Origin: a candidate division Kazan bacterium
GTDB taxonomy: Bacteria; Patescibacteriota; Kazan-3B-28
Direction of reading: 5' to 3'
DNA length: 64,000 nt
Assembly: GCA_003647645.1 (NCBI GenBank)
Contig: QMNG01000001.1
Coordinates: 73,884 to 137,883 of the forward strand
Each line of letters starts with the position of its first letter. Positions within the stretch are counted from its first letter, which is position 1. The notes below the pieces were generated by a model that was given only the letters and a program-made list of their open reading frames with translations, was not told the origin of the DNA and searched no databases. Positions 10,163 to 19,819 of the stretch are shown piece by piece. Made by a program: the position numbers and the translations under genes.

Positions 10163-12505
10163 TCAGCTTTGGCGCAATTTGGCGTTATATCGCTCTGAGA
10201 GCAGATTTTGTATTCTCTCTTCAACTCGTTTTCGGTCTTCCTTTGTCAGAGTTTTTACCTCGCTCGTAATTTCGATATGAAAGGCAATATTTTTGCCTTC
10301 ATCACCAAGATGATGAACATCAAACAATGAAACCTTGGATACTAGAATATCGGCTGTTGCGATGGTGTCCAAAATATCCCCAATTCGAATCCGATCAGGC
10401 ACAACAAAGGCCATGTCAAACTTGATCGGCGGAAATTTGGGCAGTGGCTTGAACTTTTTAGACCCGGCCAAGCGGGAAACTAATCCATCTATCTTCATTG
10501 AAAAATAGGCGTCGTTATCCTTAACCCTAACAATTTCGCCAATTTGTTTTTTGTCAGCAAGTATTCTCATACCGTTTAACCCTTTAACCTCGCGATATTC
10601 AACTACAATTCCCAGCTCGGCCAACAAAGTGTCCAGAGCCCCCCTGATTTGGCGGTAAGCGGCCTCATCTTTGATCCGGCCAACCAGTTGCTGGAATTCA
10701 TCAGGTAGCACCTCGCCCACATCAACAAATGCTGTATTTAGTTCGAAGACCTTGAATCTATCAGCAGGACGATTTCCCTCCATAAACTCAGCGGCAGTAA
10801 TACCGGAAGTCAGATCGGATTTAAGGTGAGTCAGATGGCTCACCAGTGGCTTCTCCAGCCGAACAGCCCGGGGACTACCGCTGTCAAATGGCGACAGATA
10901 AATTTCAATAAACCCCAGTCGGACTAAAATCTCTTTGATTCGCCGGACGGCCAAGCGCAAGTCCTTAACTTTGGACGGAGCTAGTACGACTTCCGGCATT
11001 GTGTGGGGAATTTTGTCGATGCCGTATATTTTCAAAATTTCTTCCGTAACGTCAGCAACTCCACGCATATCCTGACGATAATGAGGAATCTGAATAACCA
11101 GCCTGCCATTCTTCAACACAGTCGGCATATCCAGACGGGTAAGAATATCCACCATCTCATTCGGAGGTATTGTAATGCCAGCCAAGGCGTTAATTTGGTC
11201 GGTGGCAACTTCTATCTTCGTTGTCGCATCCGGTAATTTTTGATGGGCATCAATACCAACGGCTGAAACTTCACAGTTCAAAGATTCCTGCTGGATAAGG
11301 TTTATCGCTCTTCGGATAGCTAACTCAGGAAGCAACACACTCAATCCCCGCTCAAATCTGGCGCTAGAATCTGTGTGTACACCTAGCTTACGCGAGGTCT
11401 GACGGATGGACACCATATCAAAATTGGCCACCTCCAAAAAGATATCCTTGGTCTTTTCAGTTACGCCACTTTCCTCACCGCCGACAATTCCGGCTACCGC
11501 CAATGGTTTTTGGCTGTCGGCGATAACCAGCATAGAATTTTCTAAATTATGCTCGCAGCCGTCCAGGCCCCTGATTGTTTCTCCAGACTTAGCTTGGCGG
11601 ACGATAATTTGATTATCTTTGATTTTGTCCAAATCAAAAGCGTGAATTGGCTGGCCCAGTTCCAAAAGAACATAATTAGATATATCGACGATATTATTAA
11701 TTGGCCTTAAACCCGACGCCAACAATATTCGCTGCATCCACTCGGGCGACGGTTTAACGGTTACATTCCTGATCACCCGACCCATATACCGGGGACAAAG
11801 CTTGTAATCTTTAACTTCGACAGCAACGGACCTGTCGAATTTTCCTTGTTTCGATTTAAAGTCGAGACTGATGCCGGGCTTGAAGTCCTTTTTCAAAACA
11901 GCAGCCACTTCCCGGGCAATTGACAAATAAGAAAGATAATCCGGTCTATTGGACAGCACCTTCAAATCAAAAATCGTGTCGCTATCCTCCCCGATCACTT
12001 CGCTTAGCGGCGTGCCGATTTTGAGTTTGTTATTAAGAATCCAAATACCCTCCGGGGCGGACTCCCCTTCTGGGCGGAACCCCCCGGACCTTTTTTCCAA
12101 ATTCAACTCAGCTTTGCTGCATAACATTCCAAACGAGCGCTGCCCGCGAATCACGGTGCTTTTGATCTTCAAGCCGTTTGGCAGGACACATCCCTCCAAG
12201 GCAACCGGCACCTTTTGGCCAACAGCAATATTGCTGGCACCGCAGACAATATCCAAAATCTGGTCGCCCTCCGGGCCAGAGGCTTCTCCGGGCCGGTGGC
12301 CCACATCAACTTTCGCCAGCTGCAGCTTATCGGCATTGGGGTGCGGATTGATCTCTTTGATCTCGCCCACCACCACTCCTTCGTATTGGCTTGAACTAAT
12401 AACTTCCTCAACTTCTGTAATATGCAAATTAATAATGTCTGCAACGGCTTGCGGACTTTCTTTAAAACCAATCCAGTTCTTGAGGAAATTATATGATATT
12501 TTCAT
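10163..12505 (-). CDS. pheT: Phenylalanine-tRNA ligase beta subunit
   Basis: HPNADKL, IVCGA, GMLCS, NRPD, RPINNIVDISNYV, RFERG; follows pheS. Confidence 0.95.
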   Translation of the reverse strand: MKISYNFLKNWIGFKESPQAVADIINLHITEVEEVISSSQYEGVVVGEIKEINPHPNADKLQLAKVDVGHRPGEASGPEGDQILDIVCGASNIAVGQKVPVALEGCVLPNGLKIKSTVIRGQRSFGMLCSKAELNLEKRSGGFRPEGESAPEGIWILNNKLKIGTPLSEVIGEDSDTIFDLKVLSNRPDYLSYLSIAREVAAVLKKDFKPGISLDFKSKQGKFDRSVAVEVKDYKLCPRYMGRVIRNVTVKPSPEWMQRILLASGLRPINNIVDISNYVLLELGQPIHAFDLDKIKDNQIIVRQAKSGETIRGLDGCEHNLENSMLVIADSQKPLAVAGIVGGEESGVTEKTKDIFLEVANFDMVSIRQTSRKLGVHTDSSARFERGLSVLLPELAIRRAINLIQQESLNCEVSAVGIDAHQKLPDATTKIEVATDQINALAGITIPPNEMVDILTRLDMPTVLKNGRLVIQIPHYRQDMRGVADVTEEILKIYGIDKIPHTMPEVVLAPSKVKDLRLAVRRIKEILVRLGFIEIYLSPFDSGSPRAVRLEKPLVSHLTHLKSDLTSGITAAEFMEGNRPADRFKVFELNTAFVDVGEVLPDEFQQLVGRIKDEAAYRQIRGALDTLLAELGIVVEYREVKGLNGMRILADKKQIGEIVRVKDNDAYFSMKIDGLVSRLAGSKKFKPLPKFPPIKFDMAFVVPDRIRIGDILDTIATADILVSKVSLFDVHHLGDEGKNIAFHIEITSEVKTLTKEDRKRVEERIQNLLSERYNAKLRQS

Positions 12506-12604
12506 CTTTTTTCGTTACGCTGAATTTATTTCAGCATCTAGCATCCTGCCAAGACCTCCGGTTCAGAGAACCTTAAAATTCGGAGAAGGGCTTTAGCCCA
12601 GAGG

Positions 12605-12630
12605 GATCCTGAACCAAATTCAGGATGACA
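12605..12630. repeat. REP-like palindromic repeat, copy 1 of 3
   Basis: GATCCTGAACCAAATTCAGGATGACA; related copies at 31276 and 31539. Confidence 0.8.
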
Positions 12631-12642
12631 TTAATAATATTT

Positions 12643-13635
12643 TTAAAATTGTTTAAGAAAATCAAAATTTGGCTGATAGAAATAACGGATGTCTTTAATC
12701 CCATACTTCAACATGATCAGCCGCTCAATGCCCATGCCAAAGGCAAAGCCGGAGTACTCATCCGGATCAACACCGCCGTTTTTAAGAACCTTCCGACTGA
12801 CCATTCCGCAACCCATCAGCTCCAGCCATTTACCGCCAAACCAAGCATCCACTTCGTAGCTTGGTTCAGTAAAGGGAAAGTAACTTGGCCGAAGGCGCGT
12901 TTCAACATCTTCTCCCAAAATGTGCTTAACCATCGCATCAATGACGGCCTTAAGATTCGCCACGGTAATGTTTTTGTCGATCATCAGGCCTTCCAGCTGA
13001 TAGAATACCGAGCCATGGGTAGCGTCCTCGGCCTCATATCGGAAAGTTCGGCCGGGCGCAATAATCCGGATCGGGGCTTTGTGCGATTTCATATATCGCA
13101 GCTGAACCGGCGAGGTGTGAGTTCGCAGTAACGTATTATTTTTAGATCCTTCCTTCCGATTAACCCAGAAAGTGTCCCACTCATCACGAGCCGGATGGTT
13201 GTCTGGAATATTCAAGAGGTCAAAGTTATATTTTTCCAGCTCTACTTCAGGGCCTTCGGCCACGGAAAATCCCAGCCCCCTGAAATATTCAATCAAATCG
13301 TCAATTATTTGAGTGATGGGATGCAGCCGTCCTAAATCTGGTACTATTCCTGGACAAGTTGGATCAAAACTGGCCGACCTGCCGTCTCTTGCTTTATCCT
13401 TTGCTTTATCCTTTAGGTCGTTCAGCAACTGTATAATCTCCCGCTTAATGCGATTACCCAGTTCGCCCATATCCCTTCTGGCTTTTTCGGGTAAATCTTT
13501 TATTTTACGCAAAGACCGGGCGAGAGCAGATTTCCGCCCGAGATATTTGATTCTTAATTGTTCGTAATCAGAAAAGTTAGCTGAAACTATCTCAGCTCTG
13601 GCTTCCTTTAAAATAGTCCTTAACTTTTCTTCCAA
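12643..13635 (-). CDS. pheS: Phenylalanine-tRNA ligase alpha subunit
   Basis: HPARD, LLRTHTSPVQ, FPFTEPS, GFAFGMGIERL. Confidence 0.97.
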   Translation of the reverse strand: MEEKLRTILKEARAEIVSANFSDYEQLRIKYLGRKSALARSLRKIKDLPEKARRDMGELGNRIKREIIQLLNDLKDKAKDKARDGRSASFDPTCPGIVPDLGRLHPITQIIDDLIEYFRGLGFSVAEGPEVELEKYNFDLLNIPDNHPARDEWDTFWVNRKEGSKNNTLLRTHTSPVQLRYMKSHKAPIRIIAPGRTFRYEAEDATHGSVFYQLEGLMIDKNITVANLKAVIDAMVKHILGEDVETRLRPSYFPFTEPSYEVDAWFGGKWLELMGCGMVSRKVLKNGGVDPDEYSGFAFGMGIERLIMLKYGIKDIRYFYQPNFDFLKQF

Positions 13636-13698
13636 AACCCATAATCGAATTTAAGTGTATGTCCTTTTAAAAAACCAACCAAACTCCACTTTCTCATT

Positions 13699-14064
13699 CT
13701 ACTTAACTCGAAAGTAAATCTCCAGCACCAGCGCCACCAAAATTATCATGGCAGTGTTCCACCAGTTCAATGCGCCCAGTGATTTTAATATACCTGCAGA
13801 AATTAAAATAGCCCCCAGTAAAATTCCCCCCCTGAGAGATATGGTATACGCTTTGATCGGATTTTCCAGAAATTTGCGCCTGACAAATAGGTATAACAAT
13901 AAGGTAATCAGACCCATCAAAGTCGCGCCTAGGGAAATAAAAAATAAGATGACCCCAACCAGGCCAGCCGTCGTGGGATCAAAATAAAAAAGCACCAGTA
14001 AAAAAGCCACCAATGTTAGCAAAGTCGCGATACTGGTTCCGATTAGATATCCTTTTACAGGCAT
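13699..14064 (-). CDS. Hypothetical membrane protein (about 4 TM)
   Basis: Four hydrophobic segments; co-oriented with pheS. Confidence 0.75.
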   Translation of the reverse strand: MPVKGYLIGTSIATLLTLVAFLLVLFYFDPTTAGLVGVILFFISLGATLMGLITLLLYLFVRRKFLENPIKAYTISLRGGILLGAILISAGILKSLGALNWWNTAMIILVALVLEIYFRVK

Positions 14065-14084
14065 ACCTATATATTACCAGAAAT

Positions 14085-14390
14085 AAAAGAGGCGCCCGCC
14101 GGGTAGTCCTAAAGATTACTTTTAACTCCGTTGGCGGGCGGCCAAGTTACACCCAAACCGTCACTGCGGGTCCCCGGCCGCGTTCAACAGACAAATTTCT
14201 TTATCTGCTCAACGCGACCAAGTTCCCTCCTAAGGTGCAAATACGCTCTGTTTGTTTTTGTTTTTAATCAAACTTTTTGAGCAAACAGGACAGTAAGGGA
14301 AAGCGAAGCAACACTGGGGGGAGTGTTACTCCGCTTCCCATTACTCTTCTGTTTTAACGATTGGGTTTTTAATTTGCATCTTCACCAAAT
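14085..14390 (-). ncRNA. Candidate structured ncRNA or cis-regulatory leader, family unassigned
   Basis: Downstream of a strong promoter; stems at 14283-14354, 14232-14242/14372-14382, 14176-14219 and 14093-14140 followed by a T-run on the minus strand. Confidence 0.5.
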
Positions 14391-14396
14391 TATCAC

Positions 14397-14425
14397 AGTC
14401 TATCATGGTTTATCATCCTTGTCAA
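14397..14425 (-). promoter_or_regulatory. sigma70 promoter with extended -10
   Basis: Minus strand TTGACA-17 bp-TAGACT preceded by TGn. Confidence 0.7.
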
Positions 14426-14488
14426 GACCCTCCCTTGGGGACCGGGGCCAACCAATGTGTCAGAAGAGGTTTTATGAACAAACAGCAG

Positions 14489-16885
14489 TTAATCAAATAA
14501 GGAATCGATTTTGTCTGGTATTACACTGAATCCCGCCAATGAGTCAATAATCTTGCGACCATAATCCTTGGCGTACAGTCTGGCGTCAATCAAGCTAATG
14601 GGTCTCTGAAGCAGAGAAACAGTGTGTAATACCACTTTAAAGCGAAAAACTGCCCGAGCCAAGGTGTAGCTTTCAAAACCCTCCCAGCCATCGCCGAGCA
14701 CCCTAAATTGCGGCCGGGAAATCGCCTCGAACGGAATTTTACCCAAAACTATTCTATCAAAATCCCCGGCATACCAAACTGCTTGGTGCATCCACGCATA
14801 GTAACTAATATAAATCGCTGGCTGACCGTCTTTCAAAAGCGGCGGAACGCATGTAATTGTGCCGGCAGTGTCATTACTGAAGAGTTTTATACCGTTTGCT
14901 TTTGCTTCATCAAAGATTTTTGTGAAAACACTTTTGGCTTCAAAATTTGATGGTGCCAGGATCAGTGATTTTTCATTTTTTTTGAGTATCAATTGTCTGG
15001 CCGCGCCTACCAGTGCCTCAGTCGAATCTTCACTGGCATCATCGGCAACGATCAACTCCGTTTTACCCGCCGGCTCGATGATTCGGCTGTTAAACTCGCC
15101 AAAATATCTTTTCCAGTAGTCAAACCTGCCGGCAACCGATAAACCGGAAGATAGAACTGTAACATTTCTCGCCTCACTGGCAATTCTCAGAATATTTGAA
15201 AACTTTGGAACAGCGGGAACCAGTTCAAGATAAAAACGATTGTCATCGGCAAAAAGAAAATATCGATAGTCAGCCCGCTGTATTTTGAGTGCCTGCAGAT
15301 GGTCAATAAGCTTTTCTGTGCCGGCAATTTGGGGGACTGCCGGAGCCTTGATTTCCCGAATGAGTTTAAGATAGCTTTCCAGATTTTCTACCGCATTGCC
15401 AATTTCTTCCTTAAATTCTTTATCTAACACATCTTGACTAAGCTCAATATTGCGTTCTTGCTGCGACACCGGCGGGGACATCCGATAAATACTAATAATC
15501 ATTTCGCTCAGCTTGGTAAAACTGGAACTAATTTGGTTTAAAATCTTAAAGGCCGTATCGGCAATCTTAACATCAATTGGTTTAATATGCTGATGTATAA
15601 AATCTCGGCGGCTGCTGATGGCAGCATTAAAATAATTGAGTGAAAAAAGACGGCTGCTGGCTCTAAATTCGGCATCTTCCATCATCAGCGGATCAAATAT
15701 AACAACCTCGCGGCCGGCTACATCCATGTCCAGCGCCGCAGTGGGTGAAACCAGAATTAAATCAGCCCGGCTGGTCTCGGAGCCCAGAGATGAAAACTTC
15801 TGCTCCCATTGGTATTCCTCTTCGCGGGTCAGATAAAGCTTGGCATAATCTCTCCCCCACTCTTCTTTAAAAATAATGATTTTGGTAATAATTCTGGCTT
15901 CCAACGCGCCAATCGGAATACCGCTTTCGACAAGCTCAACCTCGGAGCCCTCACGATATGTCAGTTTGGCCGGATAGTAGAAGTCAACTGTGGCACCTGC
16001 TATTATTGATTGCCAATCTATTTGTTTAATCATCTTTTCCGGAACAATCAGAACAGCTGGTTTAACCGAAACGGCGTAGCTTAGGGCCAGACCCAAAGAC
16101 GAAACCGGAAAATGAGTTTCTATAAAATTAACCTTGCCAGATTTAACATCATTAATTTTGCTTAAATATTCACCGCTCTGTTCGATATCCTCCGCCAGCC
16201 CGTTTGTGACTGTAGTATCGCTAACAGCCTTAAATCTCTCATCGCCAAAATCCAAAGGATTAGCGAACAGCCACTGCCACTGCCATGTATCTTCACCAAC
16301 CAGTTGATTGATCTGCTGTCTGGTGCTGGCCTGAAGATCAGCGACATGATGCACTAGCAGCTTAAACAGATCGACAGTCGCCAAGACATCAGCCATGGCC
16401 CGATGAGCCGGCTGGTGTACAAAATTAAAATGCTTGGCCAGGTGCTCTAACCGATAAAAATCTTGGTATGGCAAAACCGTGTGGGCCAATTCTAGTGTGT
16501 CCAGCACGGGATTAAGCTTGACATCACAACCCTTGGCCACAAGAAATTCTATATCAAAGCCTATGTTGTGACCAACAATCGGTAAATCGCCGCAAAATTG
16601 CTCGATCTGTGGAATAAGTTCTTCAATTGCCGGCTGATCCCTAATATCCTCAGGCCTGATGCCTGTCAGTGCAATAATTGTTGGCGATAGGACCTGATCA
16701 GTTGAAACTAAAAAATCCAGTTGATCAATAATATTACCCGAAGCGTCGAGCTTGACAGCGGCAAACTCGATGATGTCATCGGTTTTACTATCAACACCCG
16801 TCGTCTCAAGATCTAAAACAATAAATTCTTGATATTTCATAAGCATTCCGTTATGGCAGGCCCCTTGGCCATTGCGATATTGCAA
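14489..16885 (-). CDS. DnaQ-like DEDDh exonuclease fused to a degenerate DinG-like helicase (true start probably near 16843)
   Basis: LDLETTG, GHNIGFD, HRAMADV; C-terminal KIPF...DARLYAKDYG is DinG-like; no Walker A or DEAH motif visible. Confidence 0.8.
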   Translation of the reverse strand: MQYRNGQGACHNGMLMKYQEFIVLDLETTGVDSKTDDIIEFAAVKLDASGNIIDQLDFLVSTDQVLSPTIIALTGIRPEDIRDQPAIEELIPQIEQFCGDLPIVGHNIGFDIEFLVAKGCDVKLNPVLDTLELAHTVLPYQDFYRLEHLAKHFNFVHQPAHRAMADVLATVDLFKLLVHHVADLQASTRQQINQLVGEDTWQWQWLFANPLDFGDERFKAVSDTTVTNGLAEDIEQSGEYLSKINDVKSGKVNFIETHFPVSSLGLALSYAVSVKPAVLIVPEKMIKQIDWQSIIAGATVDFYYPAKLTYREGSEVELVESGIPIGALEARIITKIIIFKEEWGRDYAKLYLTREEEYQWEQKFSSLGSETSRADLILVSPTAALDMDVAGREVVIFDPLMMEDAEFRASSRLFSLNYFNAAISSRRDFIHQHIKPIDVKIADTAFKILNQISSSFTKLSEMIISIYRMSPPVSQQERNIELSQDVLDKEFKEEIGNAVENLESYLKLIREIKAPAVPQIAGTEKLIDHLQALKIQRADYRYFLFADDNRFYLELVPAVPKFSNILRIASEARNVTVLSSGLSVAGRFDYWKRYFGEFNSRIIEPAGKTELIVADDASEDSTEALVGAARQLILKKNEKSLILAPSNFEAKSVFTKIFDEAKANGIKLFSNDTAGTITCVPPLLKDGQPAIYISYYAWMHQAVWYAGDFDRIVLGKIPFEAISRPQFRVLGDGWEGFESYTLARAVFRFKVVLHTVSLLQRPISLIDARLYAKDYGRKIIDSLAGFSVIPDKIDSLFD

Positions 16886-16929
16886 ATCCCTTTATCTCAT
16901 TTTGTCATTGCCAGAAGAAAATATAGGAA

Positions 16930-18132
16930 CTATTGCAGGCGGCTTAAAATAACTTCCACCCGATTTGGCTCAAAACTTACCACACTTAAGCCTTCACTGA
17001 CTTCAAACATGCCTTTTGATATGTCGACGAAGTTGGCGCCAGAAAGTGCTCCTTGTAAATCCAAGTTCAGCTTTACCTGGCTGCGTGAAAGCCCTTTCAA
17101 AATTTCAGGATTGCCGGCTACCATCACCTTGATGCTTGATGGATTAATATTAGTTACGCCAAACCCCTCTGTAACATTAATATACGCAGGAATAATAGAA
17201 ATTTGGCGGGTTCCTTCACTGGATTGGACTATAACGTTCACTAATACCAGATTTTCTCCTACTACTTTGACACCGTTCGGCAGGTTAGCGGCTACCTGAG
17301 TTTTAAAACTCTTGGTTTTGCCGTTCAGATTAATGGGAGTCGTGAATAGATATGAAAGTTGATCAAGCTTTCTTTGAGTGCCACTTACCATCATAACTTG
17401 CGGCTCGAATATAACTTCCTGAATCCAGAAACCGCCCGGTAACTCCCCCGCAAAGGCTGCCTTTAGACCTAAGTTTCTAAACGAAGCTCCCTTGTCTATT
17501 TCCACACTAATCTCTCCTGACTCGGGTGTTATCCAGACAGAATGGTTGACTGTCCCCTCTGCGGTTTCAGCTTTGTAGGTTACCGGAGCTGTAAACCGCT
17601 GGCTCCGACCATCTATAGATACTCTGGCTTTGACATCACTGACCAATTCCAAGGCGGCCGATGCCCCATGCACCGTAACTTGATTAGGAAACACCTCTAC
17701 ATCCTTGACACTATAACTATCCGCCACCCAGCCGTCTGTCTCTATGACAACGGGAACTATCTTCGTGGTTATGAAATCTACATCAAAAACTATTTCGTCA
17801 GGTTCCCAGCTGATTAGCTTGACCCCCTCAGGAATAGCATTATTCTGAATTTTGGCAGAATACCGACCGGGCTTTGTCACATCAGCCAGATCGATGGCAA
17901 AACTAAAAGTTTGATCGCTAATCAGTCCCAATGCATACGGGGTGCCGGAAATATGAGTAGCCACCTCAGTTATGGGATCTACGACTGCCAAATCCTCGGC
18001 TAAATTCTTGATATAAACCGGCGAATTGAGGGTTTGGGAATGTACTGTGGCCGCATAAACATTAACCCAGACAATCATAGCGATTAACAATACTAGCCCT
18101 CGCATAACTGGGAGTGTAAATATTCGTGCCAT
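16930..18132 (-). CDS. CdaR/YbbR-domain protein
   Basis: N-terminal TM ending WVNV, repeated PxxVxVxG beta-rich YbbR-like units; translationally coupled to the cdaA-like gene. Confidence 0.85.
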   Translation of the reverse strand: MARIFTLPVMRGLVLLIAMIVWVNVYAATVHSQTLNSPVYIKNLAEDLAVVDPITEVATHISGTPYALGLISDQTFSFAIDLADVTKPGRYSAKIQNNAIPEGVKLISWEPDEIVFDVDFITTKIVPVVIETDGWVADSYSVKDVEVFPNQVTVHGASAALELVSDVKARVSIDGRSQRFTAPVTYKAETAEGTVNHSVWITPESGEISVEIDKGASFRNLGLKAAFAGELPGGFWIQEVIFEPQVMMVSGTQRKLDQLSYLFTTPINLNGKTKSFKTQVAANLPNGVKVVGENLVLVNVIVQSSEGTRQISIIPAYINVTEGFGVTNINPSSIKVMVAGNPEILKGLSRSQVKLNLDLQGALSGANFVDISKGMFEVSEGLSVVSFEPNRVEVILSRLQ

Positions 18133-18968
18133 TACTTCTGATAAATAAATATGGTTTGTAAAACCCTTACCAAATCCTGGGGGGAGAGATTTTTGTAAAC
18201 ATCATCATTGTGTATGACATTAATGTCGCCAGCCGCTTTGTTGGCCACAATCACCACTGCCCCCAAGTCCTTGGCAACTTTTCTGACCAATCGATCATTA
18301 ATGTTAAACAGAACTTTGGCGTCTTTTTTAAACAGGGTTGAGCCAGCTCCGACAATCTTATTACCGTCGATGATCACCGCCCCTTTGCCCAAAACAGAAC
18401 CGTTGGCAAAAAAATCAATCAGCAAATCCGAACGGACCCGCGAATTCATCTTGGTGCTATTTTCCAGCAAACGAGCCAAAGACTTGTCCTTTTTAATGAT
18501 AATCAGCGCCAGTTTGCGGGCGCGAGACAGCACTGCCAGCGCTTCGCCCAGGGCCTTGATGGTCTTTTGAATATCTGTCGGAACAAAGCGATTGGGACGA
18601 ACCTGATTAAACATCTTGATAACTGGCATTTCCAAGACGTTTTTCACTTCGGGAGCATAGAGCACACCGATAGCCAGCAGAACTATCACTAAAATGAACG
18701 CAGACACATAAAACAGCGCCAACATCCCCAGCATTTTGGACAAGAGCATAATTATCAGCAATATCAAAACCCTGGGAAATATCCTGATTAATTCAGACCG
18801 GCGAAGTCGTTTATAAATCCACCAGAGCAGCCCGAATACTAGCAGCGTATCAATGATGCCGATTAACGTAACGCCGCTGACTATATTTTCCCAAAACAGG
18901 CCCGCTGTCGAAGCCAGCGCGGATATGGTATCGCCAATATGATTAAGAAATACTTCCCACATAATCAT
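18132..18968 (-). CDS. CdaA-like diadenylate cyclase homologue with degenerate active site
   Basis: Three N-terminal TMs, APEVK linker, DAC-like fold; KGAVII replaces DGAVII and NINDRLV replaces GTRHRAA. Confidence 0.8.
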   Translation of the reverse strand: MIMWEVFLNHIGDTISALASTAGLFWENIVSGVTLIGIIDTLLVFGLLWWIYKRLRRSELIRIFPRVLILLIIMLLSKMLGMLALFYVSAFILVIVLLAIGVLYAPEVKNVLEMPVIKMFNQVRPNRFVPTDIQKTIKALGEALAVLSRARKLALIIIKKDKSLARLLENSTKMNSRVRSDLLIDFFANGSVLGKGAVIIDGNKIVGAGSTLFKKDAKVLFNINDRLVRKVAKDLGAVVIVANKAAGDINVIHNDDVYKNLSPQDLVRVLQTIFIYQK

Positions 18969-19079
18969 CGATCAGGGAAACTTTTAACCCCCCAACTACC
19001 TCACATCATACGATAAAAGTATGAAATTGTGAAAAATAACCTTCTCAGCTAATAACAGATATCGTTTAACCGCTCACTA

Positions 19080-19670
19080 CTATGCGAAATGGATTAGTCT
19101 GCCCGACAAAGCGATTTGGGCTATTCCCGCAGCCGCGGCTATTAAGGTAATTCCGATGACATTTAACACAAAACTCAGAATCATAAACTGGTAAGTTTTG
19201 ACCTTGGCAATGCCAAGTAAAGCCATGCCGATTTCATCCGGAAATGGAGAGGCAATAATAATAGCACCCAAAATCGGCAACGTCCATTTAAAATATCTGG
19301 TTTTTGCAACTTGAGTTAGCGGAGATTTTCGGAATTTTCTTAGAAGGTCTGAGGCCCTTTCAATCAAATGATCTTTAATAAATTTAAATATAAAAAAATC
19401 CCCCACAGTGGCTCCGAATCCTGCAATAAGCCCGATCTCCCAAGCCGGTATTGTCTGGCTAAATAATAACAAAACAACAATGGCTGTTGAAATGGTAAAT
19501 GTAAAAGCAAAGAATATCCCGGCAATAAATATACCCAAATAGCCCCAACTTCCTAAACCGAAAAGAAAATCGTGGAAAGGCTGATACTGCAACAGTCCGA
19601 TTGCGACAATTATTGAAACTCCAACTAACGCCCAATTGGTACGGGAAGTGTTGTTTCTGCGTGACGCCAT
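19080..19670 (-). CDS. Membrane protein, DedA/VTT-like
   Basis: GYLGIFIAG, GATVGD..IF and SPFPDE motifs; multiple TMs. Confidence 0.65.
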   Translation of the reverse strand: MASRRNNTSRTNWALVGVSIIVAIGLLQYQPFHDFLFGLGSWGYLGIFIAGIFFAFTFTISTAIVVLLLFSQTIPAWEIGLIAGFGATVGDFFIFKFIKDHLIERASDLLRKFRKSPLTQVAKTRYFKWTLPILGAIIIASPFPDEIGMALLGIAKVKTYQFMILSFVLNVIGITLIAAAAGIAQIALSGRLIHFA

Positions 19671-19757
19671 AAACTTAGTATATCACTATGAAATTTTGAA
19701 CGGCTCATGCTTGTCTAGCCGTAGCCCAAATAAAATCGGATGAGCCGTCGAGCTGGT

Positions 19758-19794
19758 GCAGGACGGAGCGGAATGGCTAACCACTCCGTCCTGC
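19758..19794 (-). terminator. GC-rich hairpin after the small Zn-finger ORF
   Basis: GCAGGACGGAGcGG...CCACTCCGTCCTGC inverted repeat. Confidence 0.45.
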
Positions 19795-19819
19795 TTCATC
19801 TTGTTTGGAGACAGCCGGT

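Noticed and set aside
14085-14390. T-box leader for pheST, tmRNA, RNase P or SRP RNA
   Set aside because: GGGTGTAAC lacks the UGGN bulge required of a T-box, and a separate gene intervenes before pheS. No tRNA-like ends, GAGGAAAGTCC or SRP GGAA-loop motif were seen.
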